The position numbers and the translations under genes were made by a program. The notes under the pieces are model-generated. The model ran no database searches. It was not told where the DNA came from and worked only from the letters and a program-made list of their open reading frames with translations. A stretch of DNA of 32,845 nucleotides, filler included, from Tricharina praecox (taxonomy: Eukaryota), in the NCBI RefSeq assembly GCF_024521635.1. It is 7 parts of 7 records of this genome, joined end to end, with 100 filler letters (N's around TTAATTAATTAA, not from the genome) between each part and the next. Parts side by side here need not be neighbours in the genome. Positions count along the whole stretch, not along the records: positions 17,714 to 21,772 come from NW_026250497.1; positions 21,873 to 25,854 come from NW_026250498.1; positions 25,955 to 29,614 come from NW_026250500.1; positions 29,715 to 32,845 come from NW_026250501.1; 3 more parts are not named here. One strand, 5' to 3'. Of the stretch, positions 20,733 through 31,988 are shown piece after piece; positions within the stretch are counted from its first letter, which is position 1; each line of letters starts with the position of its first letter.

Positions 20733-21772
20733 TCAGTCCAGCGGCGTCTGTCCGCACAGACCACTTGGCTGCTCCCTGGTCGATGAGACGCTGGCTCCTC
20801 GATCAATCAGCAATCGGGCCACTGCCTCGCGCCCTTTGTCGCGGCCATGTGCAGTGGCGTCCACCCGTCACTATTGGCTGCCAAGACGTCGGCTCCTCGA
20901 TCAATCAACAGTCGGGCCACCTCCTCGTTCCCATATACAGAAGCCAAGTGCAGTGGCGTCCACCCGTCACCAGCGGCTGCCGAGACGTCGGCTCCTCGAT
21001 CAATCAGCAGTCGGAATATCGGATTGTGCCCTCTCTGCAAGGCCAGTGCCAATGCCCCTCGCCCTTTTTCATCAACAGTAAAGACGTCGCCTCCCACATC
21101 CAGCAATAGCTGGAGAATTTCCAGATCTCCAACCAAGGACGCTTGCAGAAACAACCGGTCTATGCATGCCTGTTCTACAATAGTAGACTCCAATGCAGTC
21201 GTAAACCACCGTACCAAGCCAAACACACAGACCGAGGAAAATGCATCGCGGTATCCATCCTGCATCGTCTGAGACCTCTCCCAACAGTCGTTTGGATCCT
21301 AACTCGAGATCTGAACACACGATCGATGATACTTCACCCATCGATCGTGGTTATCGCCTGATAAAAATGTCTTCCAAAGACTAGCCAATATCTGACGACT
21401 GATGTTTCCGTCTTCGCACTGACGGAGGTGCCATGGCCAGAAAGCCGCCGAATACAAGAGCAGGTGACAATTGCTGTGATTCAGGGTGCTCCATACAAGG
21501 TTCACGTCGTACTCATTCCAAGCGACAGGAGTGCTTGGCAGGGAAAGGCACACTTTCGCTATTTCCGTGTGACAATCGACCTCGCGCAGTTGTGTTTCCA
21601 AGTATTCGTCCACGGAGAGGTGTGCGAAGCGGAAAACGTCCAGGCCTTCGTCCAGAATGAGTAGGTTCTGGCAGGCTTTCAGCAAGTCATTCGGCTTGAG
21701 TAGCGTGTCGTGCAAAAATTCTCCCGAGTCCGAGTCAATTTCGACGGTGATTGCGTCGCGCAGGATTTTCGA
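20733..21772 (-). pseudogene. 3' part of an NLR-like (NACHT-type winged helix + ankyrin repeat) gene, disrupted
   Basis: LLKACQNLL...VFRFAHLSVDEYL, then ankyrin repeats (GADV...DGWTPLH). In-frame TAG at 21299-21301, 1-nt frameshift near 20835, final TGA at 20733. The NACHT domain itself is not in the contig. Confidence 0.82.
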
Positions 21773-21872
21773 NNNNNNNNNNNNNNNNNNNNNNNNNNNN
21801 NNNNNNNNNNNNNNNNTTAATTAATTAANNNNNNNNNNNNNNNNNNNNNNNNNNNNNNNNNNNNNNNNNNNN
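21773..21872. other. Artificial contig spacer
   Basis: 44 N + TTAATTAATTAA + 44 N. Confidence 0.99.
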
Positions 21873-22195
21873 AATGGAAGATACACAATGTCTTCCATGT
21901 CTCGCTTGTCGAACCCTACCGACCAGGCAACCGAGATCCCCCCGACCCGTCGAAAATACTCCGGGAAGCGGATGACGTCGAGAGCAACGAGGAATACGAT
22001 GTCGAGGAAGTTATGGGTAGCACCAAGAAAGGACGGCGCGTACTCTACCTTGTGAAATGGCTCAACTATCCCAGTAAACGAGATTGGACTCATGATCCTT
22101 TCGACAACTTTTCAGTAGGTGGTCGGGAGAAACTGCGGGAATTTCACCGCAAGAATCCGGACGCACCGAGGGACTATCAGCTCACAGAAGACTGA
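21873..22195 (+). CDS. pol: C-terminus of family-B (B2) integrase with chromodomain (partial)
   Basis: WKIHNVFHVSL...EEYDVEEVMGS...YLVKWLNYP..DWTHDP; paralogous to 28115-28436. Confidence 0.9.
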
Positions 22196-22334
22196 GAGTT
22201 TTTTCCCACTGGGTTTTTCTCTTGAGCGAGCCGAGCGATAGTAGGATGCAGGGGTTGGAGAACTGCATTCACCGTATATAGACTAGATAGAACTCAGCAC
22301 TCTTCGGGACGAAAGCGCCGGAGAGGGGAGATGG

Positions 22335-23071
22335 TGTGACACCCTGGTCGCAGTCGGCCTGACTTCAGGGTTCGGCTTCTTACCAACGTAAGTTCGGGAA
22401 AAATAGTTAGATAGATCGGGGAGCGAGGAGGAAAACCTTTAGATTAGTCGTAGCTAGTCGGAGACGAGATAGGAAGGAAGGAAGCAAACGGAACAAGAGT
22501 CTAGGTGGGATCAGAGGCGCAGCGATACGCACGAAAAGTCCGATACAGTCATGCTCGACTTGAGGCAGGCGAATCGCGAACAAGCGAAGAGAAAACTCGG
22601 ATCGGAGGAAAACCACTATGACGAGTGTTGCCCCTCTTCTCGCGTCTTAAGCAAATAAGAGCCGTGCCGAAAGGTGCAGCCGTTGCCCAGCGAAAAGATA
22701 GCTGAAACCGGACTATGCTCGGGTAACGATTGGTGCGCCATACCTGCCTAGTTTGTATAAACTATCCTGAAGGCTTACGACGACTCTGATGACATGGCGG
22801 AGAAAGTCTCCGCACCAGGTGCAGAGATTTCACGCCAGGGTTCCATCCGGCAACAAGCTACGGCAACGGCTGGCACGTGACCCGACCAAATCACCCAACT
22901 GTATAGACTTCTGACGACACGGCGAAAGATTCATCATCAGGATCAGCAACCAGAAAACCATCGACACTACCCCTTAAGATTATTCCGCTTGTGAAAAGAA
23001 TACTATCTATTTTCATTCTGAACCCCATTCTATCAATCGACTCCGACGACCAAAAGCGTTCCAGTCTCACA
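22335..23071 (+). mobile_element. 3' LTR of a divergent family-B subfamily (737 bp)
   Basis: PPT GGAGAGGGGAGATGG directly upstream; TGTGACACCC...CCAGTCTCACA; followed by family-A U5 sequence. Confidence 0.9.
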
Positions 23072-24343
23072 CCGTGTGTACTGAGGCCTGTCTGGCGTTT
23101 CCTTCCGGTCTTGCCCCGCTTTTGCCCAGCGCAGTTCCTGTCCATCTGTCCACTTGTCTTCGCTACCCGGAGAACAGCCTGACCGTGCCGTTACACTTTG
23201 TTGCGTCTCCATCTCTCCACCTAGTGAACCATCATGGCTGCCAAACCCAAGCTCCAGACCTACCCCAACCAGAGGTAGCCACTGCAGCGCCCCCCTTTTA
23301 CCGAGGAATTCCCGCCGACATCTATGCACAACTTCAAGTGACTGTTAACCATGACCCACCCGCCGAAGATGTGACCCTGCAGGGGTTGTACAACGGTTTC
23401 AAGGTTTGCGCGTTAGCACTCACCCAGGCACCAAGAGCAGCACCAACATAGCTCATTGACGACCTCAAGTAATAAGTTGCCAGCGCAGGACACGCCGCCA
23501 CCAAGCTGGCCACTATGGAAGCCCCGCCTCCAAGCGGCGCCGAGTGTGTCCCGGAACCCGCCATGTTTGACGATACCTGCCAGAACTGGAAAGCATCCGT
23601 TGCACAACCTCCACTGAACCTGTACAGCCACCCAGCCCATTTTCCCGTCCCCACACTGCAACTGGCCTATGCCTTCAACCGTTTGGGCGGCCGTGCTCAA
23701 GCCCAGATCTTGCCATGCATACAAGACAAGAACATCACGATCACCGGCTTAGATGCTATCATCACACTACCGAACAATGTGTTTGGTAATCCGAACTCCG
23801 CTGCCACCGCTTGAGCTTAGCTCCATCACTTGAAGCAAGGCAACAACCAGTTCACCTCCTGTGCAAAATTCCAGATGGTTGTCTCCAAGCTTCAATTGGG
23901 ACAGGCATGCGGAGCCAGATGCGCTGCGCAAAGCAGTATCCATCGGACTCCATTGGCAAATGATGAACCGTACTCAGGGCCTCAACTACGATGAATTTGT
24001 GGCCCTCTGTCGACGTCTCGAATGCAAGCTGCATGCCCTCCAGCTTCGTGAGGGACGCCGCAACACCAACCCTGCTCAGCAGCGTAGAGCCCCAAAGCCC
24101 ACGGCGCCGCTCAGGCAGACAACCCAGAACACCATGCCCCCGACTACCGCTGCGAATGGAACGGCCCCTGGAGCCATGGACTTGAGTGTAAACAGCCGCA
24201 GGATCTCAGACCAAGAGCGTGCCGCCCTGCTCCGCGAAGGCTGCTGTCTGTACGGTGGGCGAAGATGCCACATGGCCAGGCACTGCCCCAATACGAACCG
24301 AAACCCGTTCCGAGCAGCCGTTACTCAGCTACAGGCCACGCAG
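23072..24343 (+). mobile_element. Old degenerate family-A element: U5 remnant to 23195, PBS 23198-23206, gag pseudogene from 23234
   Basis: CCGTTACA-CT-TTGTTGCGT; gag homology with several stops and frameshifts, and a damaged knuckle. Confidence 0.9.
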
Positions 24344-24950
24344 TGTCACGGCTCGCGACGGAATGACGAAGGGAGGGTCGGCGCAAGGATCGGGAGAGTT
24401 GGGAGGCAGTGCACAGGCAGTGCACAGGGGCAGTGCAAGGATGAGTCGCAGAGAGTTGGGGGCGGTGTGAAGGGAGCAGGGATAGGGATAGCGCAGTAAT
24501 GAGTCGCAGGGGATTGGGGCTGTGTGCAGGAAGCAGGGGTGGTAGTGCAGCTGCGCGCAGGGTATGAGTCACGGAAAGCGGAGTGAGAGTGAAGTAGGAG
24601 TATTAGTAGAGTAGAGTAGTACTGGCAAGGTGGATTTCTCATGGTCTGGCACACGCCCACGGTCTTGTCAGGTTGCTGGAAGAAGTGGAGGATTTTCTAT
24701 ATAAACGGGCCGTTGCCCCTCTGTATTTAGTTCTTCACGTAAGAATTGTTAATACAACAACTGTTACGTCTTGTCCTTGCGTCGGCTGCCGTCTGCGCAG
24801 TAGTTCTTGTCCCTGCCTGTGTTCTCAGTTGCCGTCTGCACTGAGCCCTGCCTTGCCTGGTCCTCCGAACCCGTCTTGCCCCTGCCAAACCCACCACCCT
24901 ATCCCCCGCATTACTTCGCTACCAGGAGCCTTGCCCGACGTGCCGTTACA
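24344..24950 (+). mobile_element. 5' LTR of another family-A element nested in the old gag
   Basis: TGTCACGG...CCGTTACA, then CT-TTGTTGCGT PBS; A1-type U3 with an AGT-rich insert. Confidence 0.92.
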
Positions 24951-24964
24951 CTTTGTTGCGTCCC

Positions 24965-25547
24965 TGTGACAACCCGATAGGTTTCGGAGGTCACGACGGT
25001 TGCAAGAGATGTGATTAGAGATGCGGGAGATCGGTATTTATAACAGTCCAGAGACTTTGACATCTCCGTTCATAGGGCCCCGCAGTAGGAACTGCGATCC
25101 AGGGGACAAAACAACGTTGCGACGAGAGAATCGAACATTGACCGATGGGGGCAGAGAACTTTGAGCGAAGAACGCTGGCGCATGAGGGAGATAATGCTCG
25201 GAAACTCCGATCTATCTTGGGCGCGTGGTGTTTACCACCTGCCTAGTCGAGAAGAAGACTATCCGAAGAGAGCTGACGACGACTCGAGGCTAGGGCGGGA
25301 ACTGCGATGCAAAGGAAGCAATGAGCTACGTTAGGCCGCACTCTAGAGGAATCACGTGCTGTGGATCGGGACGGCTATAAGCCGGACCAAGCGGGCAACC
25401 GAACCAAAAACTACAATCATCGCACCGAACAACCATCAAAGAAACACCCTTAAGATCTTTCGGTTTGTGAGTTACTGAAATCCTGACTTTTATTCTACAC
25501 TCGATATCACCATAGAATCCACGACACAAACTGGTTCCAGTCTCACA
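24965..25547 (+). mobile_element. 5' LTR of a family-B element (internally deleted by roughly 110 bp)
   Basis: TGTGACAA...GTCTCACA; followed by PBS and gag-like ORF; lacks the segment seen at ~16830-16935. Confidence 0.9.
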
Positions 25548-25549
25548 CT

Positions 25550-25560
25550 TAATCTTAAGG
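25550..25560 (+). promoter_or_regulatory. Self-priming PBS, family B
   Basis: TAATCTTAAGG, 2 nt after the LTR, is the reverse complement of CCTTAAGATTA in family-B LTRs (17361, 22972, 29166). Confidence 0.82.
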
Positions 25561-25582
25561 TTACAGTCCGATTTCTATTGAA

Positions 25583-25854
25583 ATGTCCTGCTCAAACCTC
25601 GACATGCTCCGCTTTGAACTTCCTCAGATCCGGAGACATGCGCTGGTTAGCATCCCGAAACCACCGAAACGTCGAAGTACGAAACCCGGCAGCCTGGCTC
25701 AGGCTGATGAACCACCAATACCAAACGGCACAAAGAGACCTGCGCCAACTTTACCACGCATGCAATCAGAAGTTCAACGAAGAGGACTCCCGAATGCGGG
25801 AGATTAGAAGGAAACTACGAACATCTCTGCGATGGGGTCAAGTATGTGTACAAC
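25583..25854 (+). CDS. Probable N-terminus of family-B Gag (partial, early frameshift)
   Basis: First ATG after the PBS; removing 1 nt gives MSAQTSTCSALNFLRSGDMRW...; called by position only. Confidence 0.55.
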
Positions 25855-25954
25855 NNNNNNNNNNNNNNNNNNNNNNNNNNNNNNNNNNNNNNNNNNNNTT
25901 AATTAATTAANNNNNNNNNNNNNNNNNNNNNNNNNNNNNNNNNNNNNNNNNNNN
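25855..25954. other. Artificial contig spacer
   Basis: 44 N + TTAATTAATTAA + 44 N. Confidence 0.99.
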
Positions 25955-28436
25955 CACTAAAGAGGTTGGAAGAAAATAAGTTGGCAATCTCACCAGAGGT
26001 GTGTCTGGTCGACAGGGAGAGTCGAGTTCCTAGGATACGTGATATCCCAAGATGGAATTGAGATGGCCAAGGACAAGGTGGAATCTGTGCTCTCGTGGGA
26101 GGCGCCGCGGTCGCTGAAGGAAGTACAAGCCTTCCTTGGGTTCGCCAATTTTTACAGGCGCTTCATCAAGGATTTCTCAAAGATCACGAGACCCTTGACC
26201 GAGAGCACAAAAGAAAAAGGGAAAGATTGGAAATTGACAGGGGAGATGGAACTGGCCTTCGAGGAGCTGAAGTCTAGGTTCACCACGGCCCGATTCTCGG
26301 GCACTTCAACCCAGGACCTACCTGTCGTGGTCGAATCCGACGCTTCGGACTTGCGTTGGGCTGCGGGTCCTGTCTCAAATGGGCAGAGGATGGAAGTTAC
26401 ACACCGGTTGCTTCCACTCAAAGAAGTTTACCCCAAGCCGAAATCAACTTTGAGATTCACGATAAGGAGCTACTCGCAATAGTAGACTCTTTCAAACGCT
26501 GGCGGCAATACCTCGAGGGAGCAAAATACCAGATCCAGGTGTACAGCGACCACCAGAACCTTGAGTACTTCACAACCACGAAAGTACTCAATCGTCGGCG
26601 GGCGAGATGGGCACAAGAACTCGCTGGCATCGACTTCAAAATCTACTACCGGCCCGGCAGCCAGAATGGCAAGCCTGACGCATTATCCAGGCGCCCGGAG
26701 TACTGCCCTGAAAAAGGGGGGGGTGAAGATCAGCCGATTACGACGATCCTGCATAAATCACACTTTGCAGGCGACGATTCGAGAGTTTCATCAATCAGCA
26801 CCGGAGGCGAAAGCACCGTGTTCCTGGCTTCGTCAACTCGGCTACAATCAATCCCGGTGCCAAAGTGGAATGAAGAATTTCTGGGTTGGGTCAGGAAGGC
26901 TGGAAAGAAAGATGCTGGGTATTTGGAGGCTCTGAGTAGCATCAAGGATACGAACGAGGACGCGGCTCAGAAGGACACTGAGTCGGAGGGCCGAAAGGCC
27001 TGGGAACTGGCCGCCGAGAGTAGGGACTCCGGCAGGATGGGTCGAAAGGCCAGGATTTTGAGGATGGAAGAGGGGTGCCTGTATAGGAAAGAAAGGCTAT
27101 GGGTACCAGACGACAAGGAACTCGTCAGACACATCCTCGAGTCGGAACACGATACGAAAGTCGTGGGGCATATGGGCCAGGACAAGACTATCGAACTTAT
27201 CCGACGCAATTTCTGGTGGCCAAAGATGGACGAGCAGATTATAAACTTCGTCCGGAGTTGCGCGCAGTGTCAGAAGGACAAAGCAACAAGGCACCAGCCG
27301 TATGGACTACTCAATCCCCTCGAGTTACCATACACCCCATGGCAATCAATAGCCATGGACTTCATTACCGACCTACCGGAATCCAACGGATGCGACCAGC
27401 CATGGGTGGTCGTCGACCGCTTCACCAAGATGGCGCATTTCATCCCCCAACCTAAGGATGGAAAGATAGCCGAGGATCTCGCGAAGATTTTTGCCCGCGA
27501 GATATGGCGCTTTCACGGATTACCAGCAGACATAGTGTCAGATCGGGACTCACGGTTTACCTCGGGTACATGGAAAGAATTCATCCGGCTGCTAGGCATT
27601 AAGCCCCGGATGTCAACAGCGTTCCACCCACAGCTGATGGACAAACGGAACGCCTCAACCAGACGATCGAAGCATACCTCCGTTCCTTCGTCAACTACGA
27701 GCAGAACGGTTGGGTGAATCTCCTACTGATGGCTGAATTTGCCTACAACAACTCGGTTACATCGGAAACCGCAATGTCGCCATTCTATGCGAATTTCGGA
27801 TACCACCCTTCGGCGACAAACCCTGCTGCAGCAAATTCTCCTAACCCCGCCAGCAAGGTCTACGCTCACTGGATGCATACAGTCCACGAGGAAAACATCA
27901 AGACCCTCGAACGAACGCGCGAACGAATGCGCAAGTATGCAGACCAACACCGTCAGGAGGCACCGGCTTATCAAGTAGGAGACTTGGTAATGCTCAACGG
28001 GCGGAACATTCAAACCCGCCGACCCTCGCGGAAGTTGGACCACAAGAACCATGGTCCCTTCCAAATCGAGAAGATCGTATCGCCGCTCGCTGTCAAGCTC
28101 ACTCTGCCAAGGAAGTGGAAAATTCATAATGTCTTTCACGTCTCGCTCATTGAACCGTTCCGAGCCGGCACCCGAGCACCACCGGATCCCTCCCAAATCA
28201 TACGAGAGGCCGATGATGTGGAAGGCAACGAAGAATACGACGTCGATGAGGTTTTGGGCAGCTCGAAGAAAGGTCGACGAGTGCTCTACCTCGTCAAATG
28301 GCTCAACTACCCCGAACGACGGGACTGGACGAACGAGCCATTCGACAACTTCTCAGTAGGCGGTCGGGAAAAGCTACGCGAGTTTCATCTCAAAAATCCC
28401 GATGCGCCGAGGGACTACCGGCTCACAGATGAGTAA
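25955..28436 (+). pseudogene. pol: Family-B (B1) pol: RT end, RNase H, integrase, chromodomain; several frameshifts
   Basis: FLGFANFYRRFI, ESDASD, EHD..GH..CAQC, MDF/SDRD, HGPF, EEYDVDEVLGS..YLVKW. Confidence 0.93.
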
Positions 28437-28577
28437 GAGTTTTTTCCCATGTGGTTTTCTCGAACTCGGGCAGGTAGTAGGATGAAGGGGATGGAGGACT
28501 TCATCCACAGTTATCAAGTTAGGATAAAGGCGAGGACTTGGGTGCTTCGGGCCGAAGCCTCGTGGGAGGGGAGATGG

Positions 28578-29266
28578 TGTGACACCCCGATAGGTATCGG
28601 AGGACACGACGGTCGCAAGAGATGTGATTAGATACTTCGGGTGATTAGAATAGAGTTGCGAGCCGAAAGGATAGTTAGAAGCGATCAAAGACAAGATAGG
28701 AAGGAGGGAGCAAACGGATTCCAGAGTCTGGACAGTGATCGGAGATGCGGGAGATCGGGATAACAGTCCAGAGGACTTTGAGATCTCCGATCATAGGGCC
28801 CCCCAGTAGGAACTCCGATCCAGGAAAAAACTGTTATGACGAGAGAATCGAACATCGACAGATGGGGGCAGACAACTTCGAGCGAAGAACTCTGCCAGCG
28901 CATGAGGGAGATAATTGCTCGGAAACTCCGATCTATGTTGGGCGCGTGGTGTTTACCACCTGCCTAGTCGAGAAGACTATCGGAAGAGAGCTGACGACGA
29001 CTCAAGGCTAGGCCGCGGAACTCCGATGCAAAGGAAGCAACGGAGCTACGTTAGGCCGCACTCTAGAGGAATCACGTGCTGAGGATCGGGACGACTATAA
29101 GTCCAACCAAGCGGGCAACCGAACAAAACACAATCATCGCACCGAACAAACCATCGAAGAAACACCCTTAAGATTATTCCGTTGTGAATTATCGAAATCC
29201 CTGACTTTTATTCTGCACTCGATATTACCATAGACTCCGACGACACAAACTCGATCCAGTCCCACA
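28578..29266 (+). mobile_element. 3' LTR of the B1 element (689 bp)
   Basis: PPT GGGAGGGGAGATGG at 28564-28577; near-identical to 16772-17461. Confidence 0.95.
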
Positions 29267-29614
29267 CCTATCCCAGAAGGATGAAGAAGGAAGACTGCAC
29301 CCTGTCGCCTACCATTCGAGGAAATTTTCTCCCGCGGAAATCAACTACGAAATTCACGACAAAGAGCTACTCGCCATTGTCGACGCTGTCAAGCACTGGA
29401 GACGATACCTCAAAGGCGCACAGCACCAAGTGCAAGTCTTTAGCGACCACCACAACCTCGAGTACTTCACAACCACAAAAGTACTCAATCGACGCCAGGC
29501 ACGATGGGCACAGGAGCTCGCCGGCATCGATTTCAAGATCTACTACCGACCCGGAAACCAGAATGGAAAACCTGATGCTTTTTCCCGGCGCCCGGAATAC
29601 CGCCCTGAAAAAGG
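29267..29614 (+). pseudogene. pol: B2-type RNase H fragment (host of the B1 insertion)
   Basis: [39 protein letters not shown]...SDHHNLEYF. Confidence 0.9.
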
Positions 29615-29714
29615 NNNNNNNNNNNNNNNNNNNNNNNNNNNNNNNNNNNNNNNNNNNNTTAATTAATTAANNNNNNNNNNNNNNNNNNNNNNNNNNNNNN
29701 NNNNNNNNNNNNNN
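29615..29714. other. Artificial contig spacer
   Basis: 44 N + TTAATTAATTAA + 44 N. Confidence 0.99.
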
Positions 29715-30789
29715 ATGTTTTGCTACACGATATTTTTGATTGTTTGTGGCGTTGGGCCTACATCTAGTGATATGCCTCCGCCGCGTTTTGGCTTGGTGCC
29801 ATGGTGCCTGTCGTCTGATGATTGCGGGCAGTGCTAGCGAGCTAGATGTCACCCGGTTCGTGTTTGACCGACAGAGGATACTTTTCAGCATTTCCAAGGC
29901 GATATCAGTTTTTGTTGCCCAGATTGAGGTTGCACCCAGTGATATACCTTCAGCGGCATCCACGACGAGTAGGCGACTGTGGCGTTGCTGCTGGCGGAAT
30001 CGGGTCTTCTCTGATCGGCGGAGATTGGGTCGGGCACCGTAGTGCCACCAATCTTCTGTTTTCGAACAGCGTGAGTACACTCGTTATCATTCTCTTCTCC
30101 TTCTGTCCGAAGTGGAGGCTTCCCGGTGCCCTCTGAGGTGGAATTGGCGATGGCGGCCCCTTTATAAGGTCAGCTTTGACTTTACTGACGATCGGCACTG
30201 AAATTTAGCAGGTACCGATTGCGGGAGGATGATTGAACTCGGCGATAGTTCGCTTTTGACTGGGTGTGTGAGCCGCGGAAGTTGCGCTGAGATGTAAGGT
30301 AATGCCAGAAATAAGAGGTTTCTGAAGTGAGGAGTTTATGATTCATATTTCCTCTACAACTCTGCTTTTCAGCGAAACCAAAAATCAGACTAACCTCTTC
30401 CTGGCGCACCTCTTCTCCGAGCAATGCCCTGTCTAGCCTAGCGTCCTTTATGTGACTGTGAAATCATGCTCCGCACACGTGTAATTCCCCCATAGCCGAT
30501 GCTAACTGAAGCTCTCACGTGGAAGACGTCACAGGCACGGGGTACACCGCCAAGATATCGCCTTCCCGCACTGCGCAGATACAATCCGTCAATTTTGGCG
30601 CACAACACACGAGCTATAGATAGGGATAGCCATCCAAACCGTGATCACGTCAACTATACGTATCGCCGTCGAGCCGTATGAAGTGTATTTGAACCGCCAC
30701 CTGCATTTTTCGGGCTGGGCACATCAGGGATTGTTTTCTTTGAGCACGTAGTCTCCTGCGGTTATACGATTTGCCACGCTGGATACGTG

Positions 30790-30900
30790 GAGTGCGTTTG
30801 AAGCGTCAGAACGGCTCCACGTTATCATACGGCGTGATCAAGACGTCAAATATTGCGTTAGAACACGAAGGGTGGATTATGGTTCGGCGAAAATGGGCTT
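30790..30900 (+). pseudogene. Possible protein kinase relic (catalytic loop to DFG-like motif)
   Basis: Across two frameshifts reads ERLHVIIRRD/KTSNIALEHEG/VDYGSAKMG. Confidence 0.45.
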
Positions 30901-31384
30901 TTCCGGTGTCAAACGGCCCTGGGGAAAACTTTTTGAGGTGGCACTGTATACAATCTCAGTATTTACACCGCGTCGTCTCCCTCAACCCTTCCGTGACCTC
31001 ACCCTGGAGGAGGTACCCCTTGATTCAGCTGCTCTCTCGGTTGTTGGATATCTGCCAAGACGCCGACAATGCAGAAGGCGGCTCGGTTTGCGTATGTGTG
31101 GTGGGAAGAATGGAGGCCCAGGCGAGGACTCGCTCATCCAACAGTGCTATGTCCTGCGGTCGGAACTCGTCCGGCTGGGCATAGCATGCCTACATAATAC
31201 AAACACAGCTAGACCAGCCACACGACGTGCGACCAGTGGGCCCCGCTTTGTTGGATAAGCGAGTAGCAGCAGCTACAATGGTATGCAAAGCAGCAGTTTG
31301 CTTCTATATGTTTTCGTTGTCCGGCCCCTTCATTCAAGTTACCTCGCCCTTGAATGATCGACTGACTCGGCTGTCTCCCTCACC

Positions 31385-31620
31385 GTTCTCCCTCCTCCAC
31401 CATCAGCATCCTCTCTCTCTATCTCTTCCTACCTTTCTTCGTCCTCCACGTTTAACATCCTCTCTCTCTCTCTCTCTCTCCCTCTCTCTCTTCCCACTTT
31501 CCTTCATCCTCCGCCATCAACATCATCTCTCGCTCTCACTCTCTCTTCTTGCCACAGTGCTACTACACCATCAATTGTCTCTTTCAAGGCTTCCCTTCAA
31601 AAACTTTCCCCCCCCCCCCC
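31385..31620 (+). repeat. CT-rich low-complexity tract with (CT)n runs, CCATCA-containing units and poly-C
   Basis: Read directly from the sequence. Confidence 0.85.
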
Positions 31621-31622
31621 GC

Positions 31623-31988
31623 GGCATCAGCGAAGCATTGAACGACGACGAATTGAAGGAAAAGATTGACCTCAGTAAGTTTCAAAATCTATCTCACATA
31701 TGTCGGCAGAGATGACTGAGTCATTGCAGGTGACGGGGCGCACCGTGACGACCACAGTCAGCCGCGCGCGCGGCGTTCAGTTCGGGCCGCCGATGAGCAG
31801 ATTCTTGGGAGCGATCTGAAAACAAATCTGTTTGCAAGTGCGGATAAGGAAGCGGTAAGTTTTCTTTCCGTCCTTCATCTAAACATCGGGAATGTGGGCA
31901 CTGACAATGGCCGGGCGGATAGATCTTCAGATTACCGGAACAGCACGCAGTGGAATCCTTCTGCCGCACTGTCGGGGGGTTTAATTAG
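31623..31988 (+). CDS. Possible small spliced gene segment, unknown product (start undefined)
   Basis: Introns 31675-31729 (GTAAGT..ACTGAG..CAG) and 31855-31922 (GTAAGT..ACTGAC..TAG); frame open through the middle exon. Confidence 0.4.

Noticed and set aside
29715..30424. Minus-strand ORFs as a gene
   Set aside because: No recognisable domain or consistent exon chain could be built
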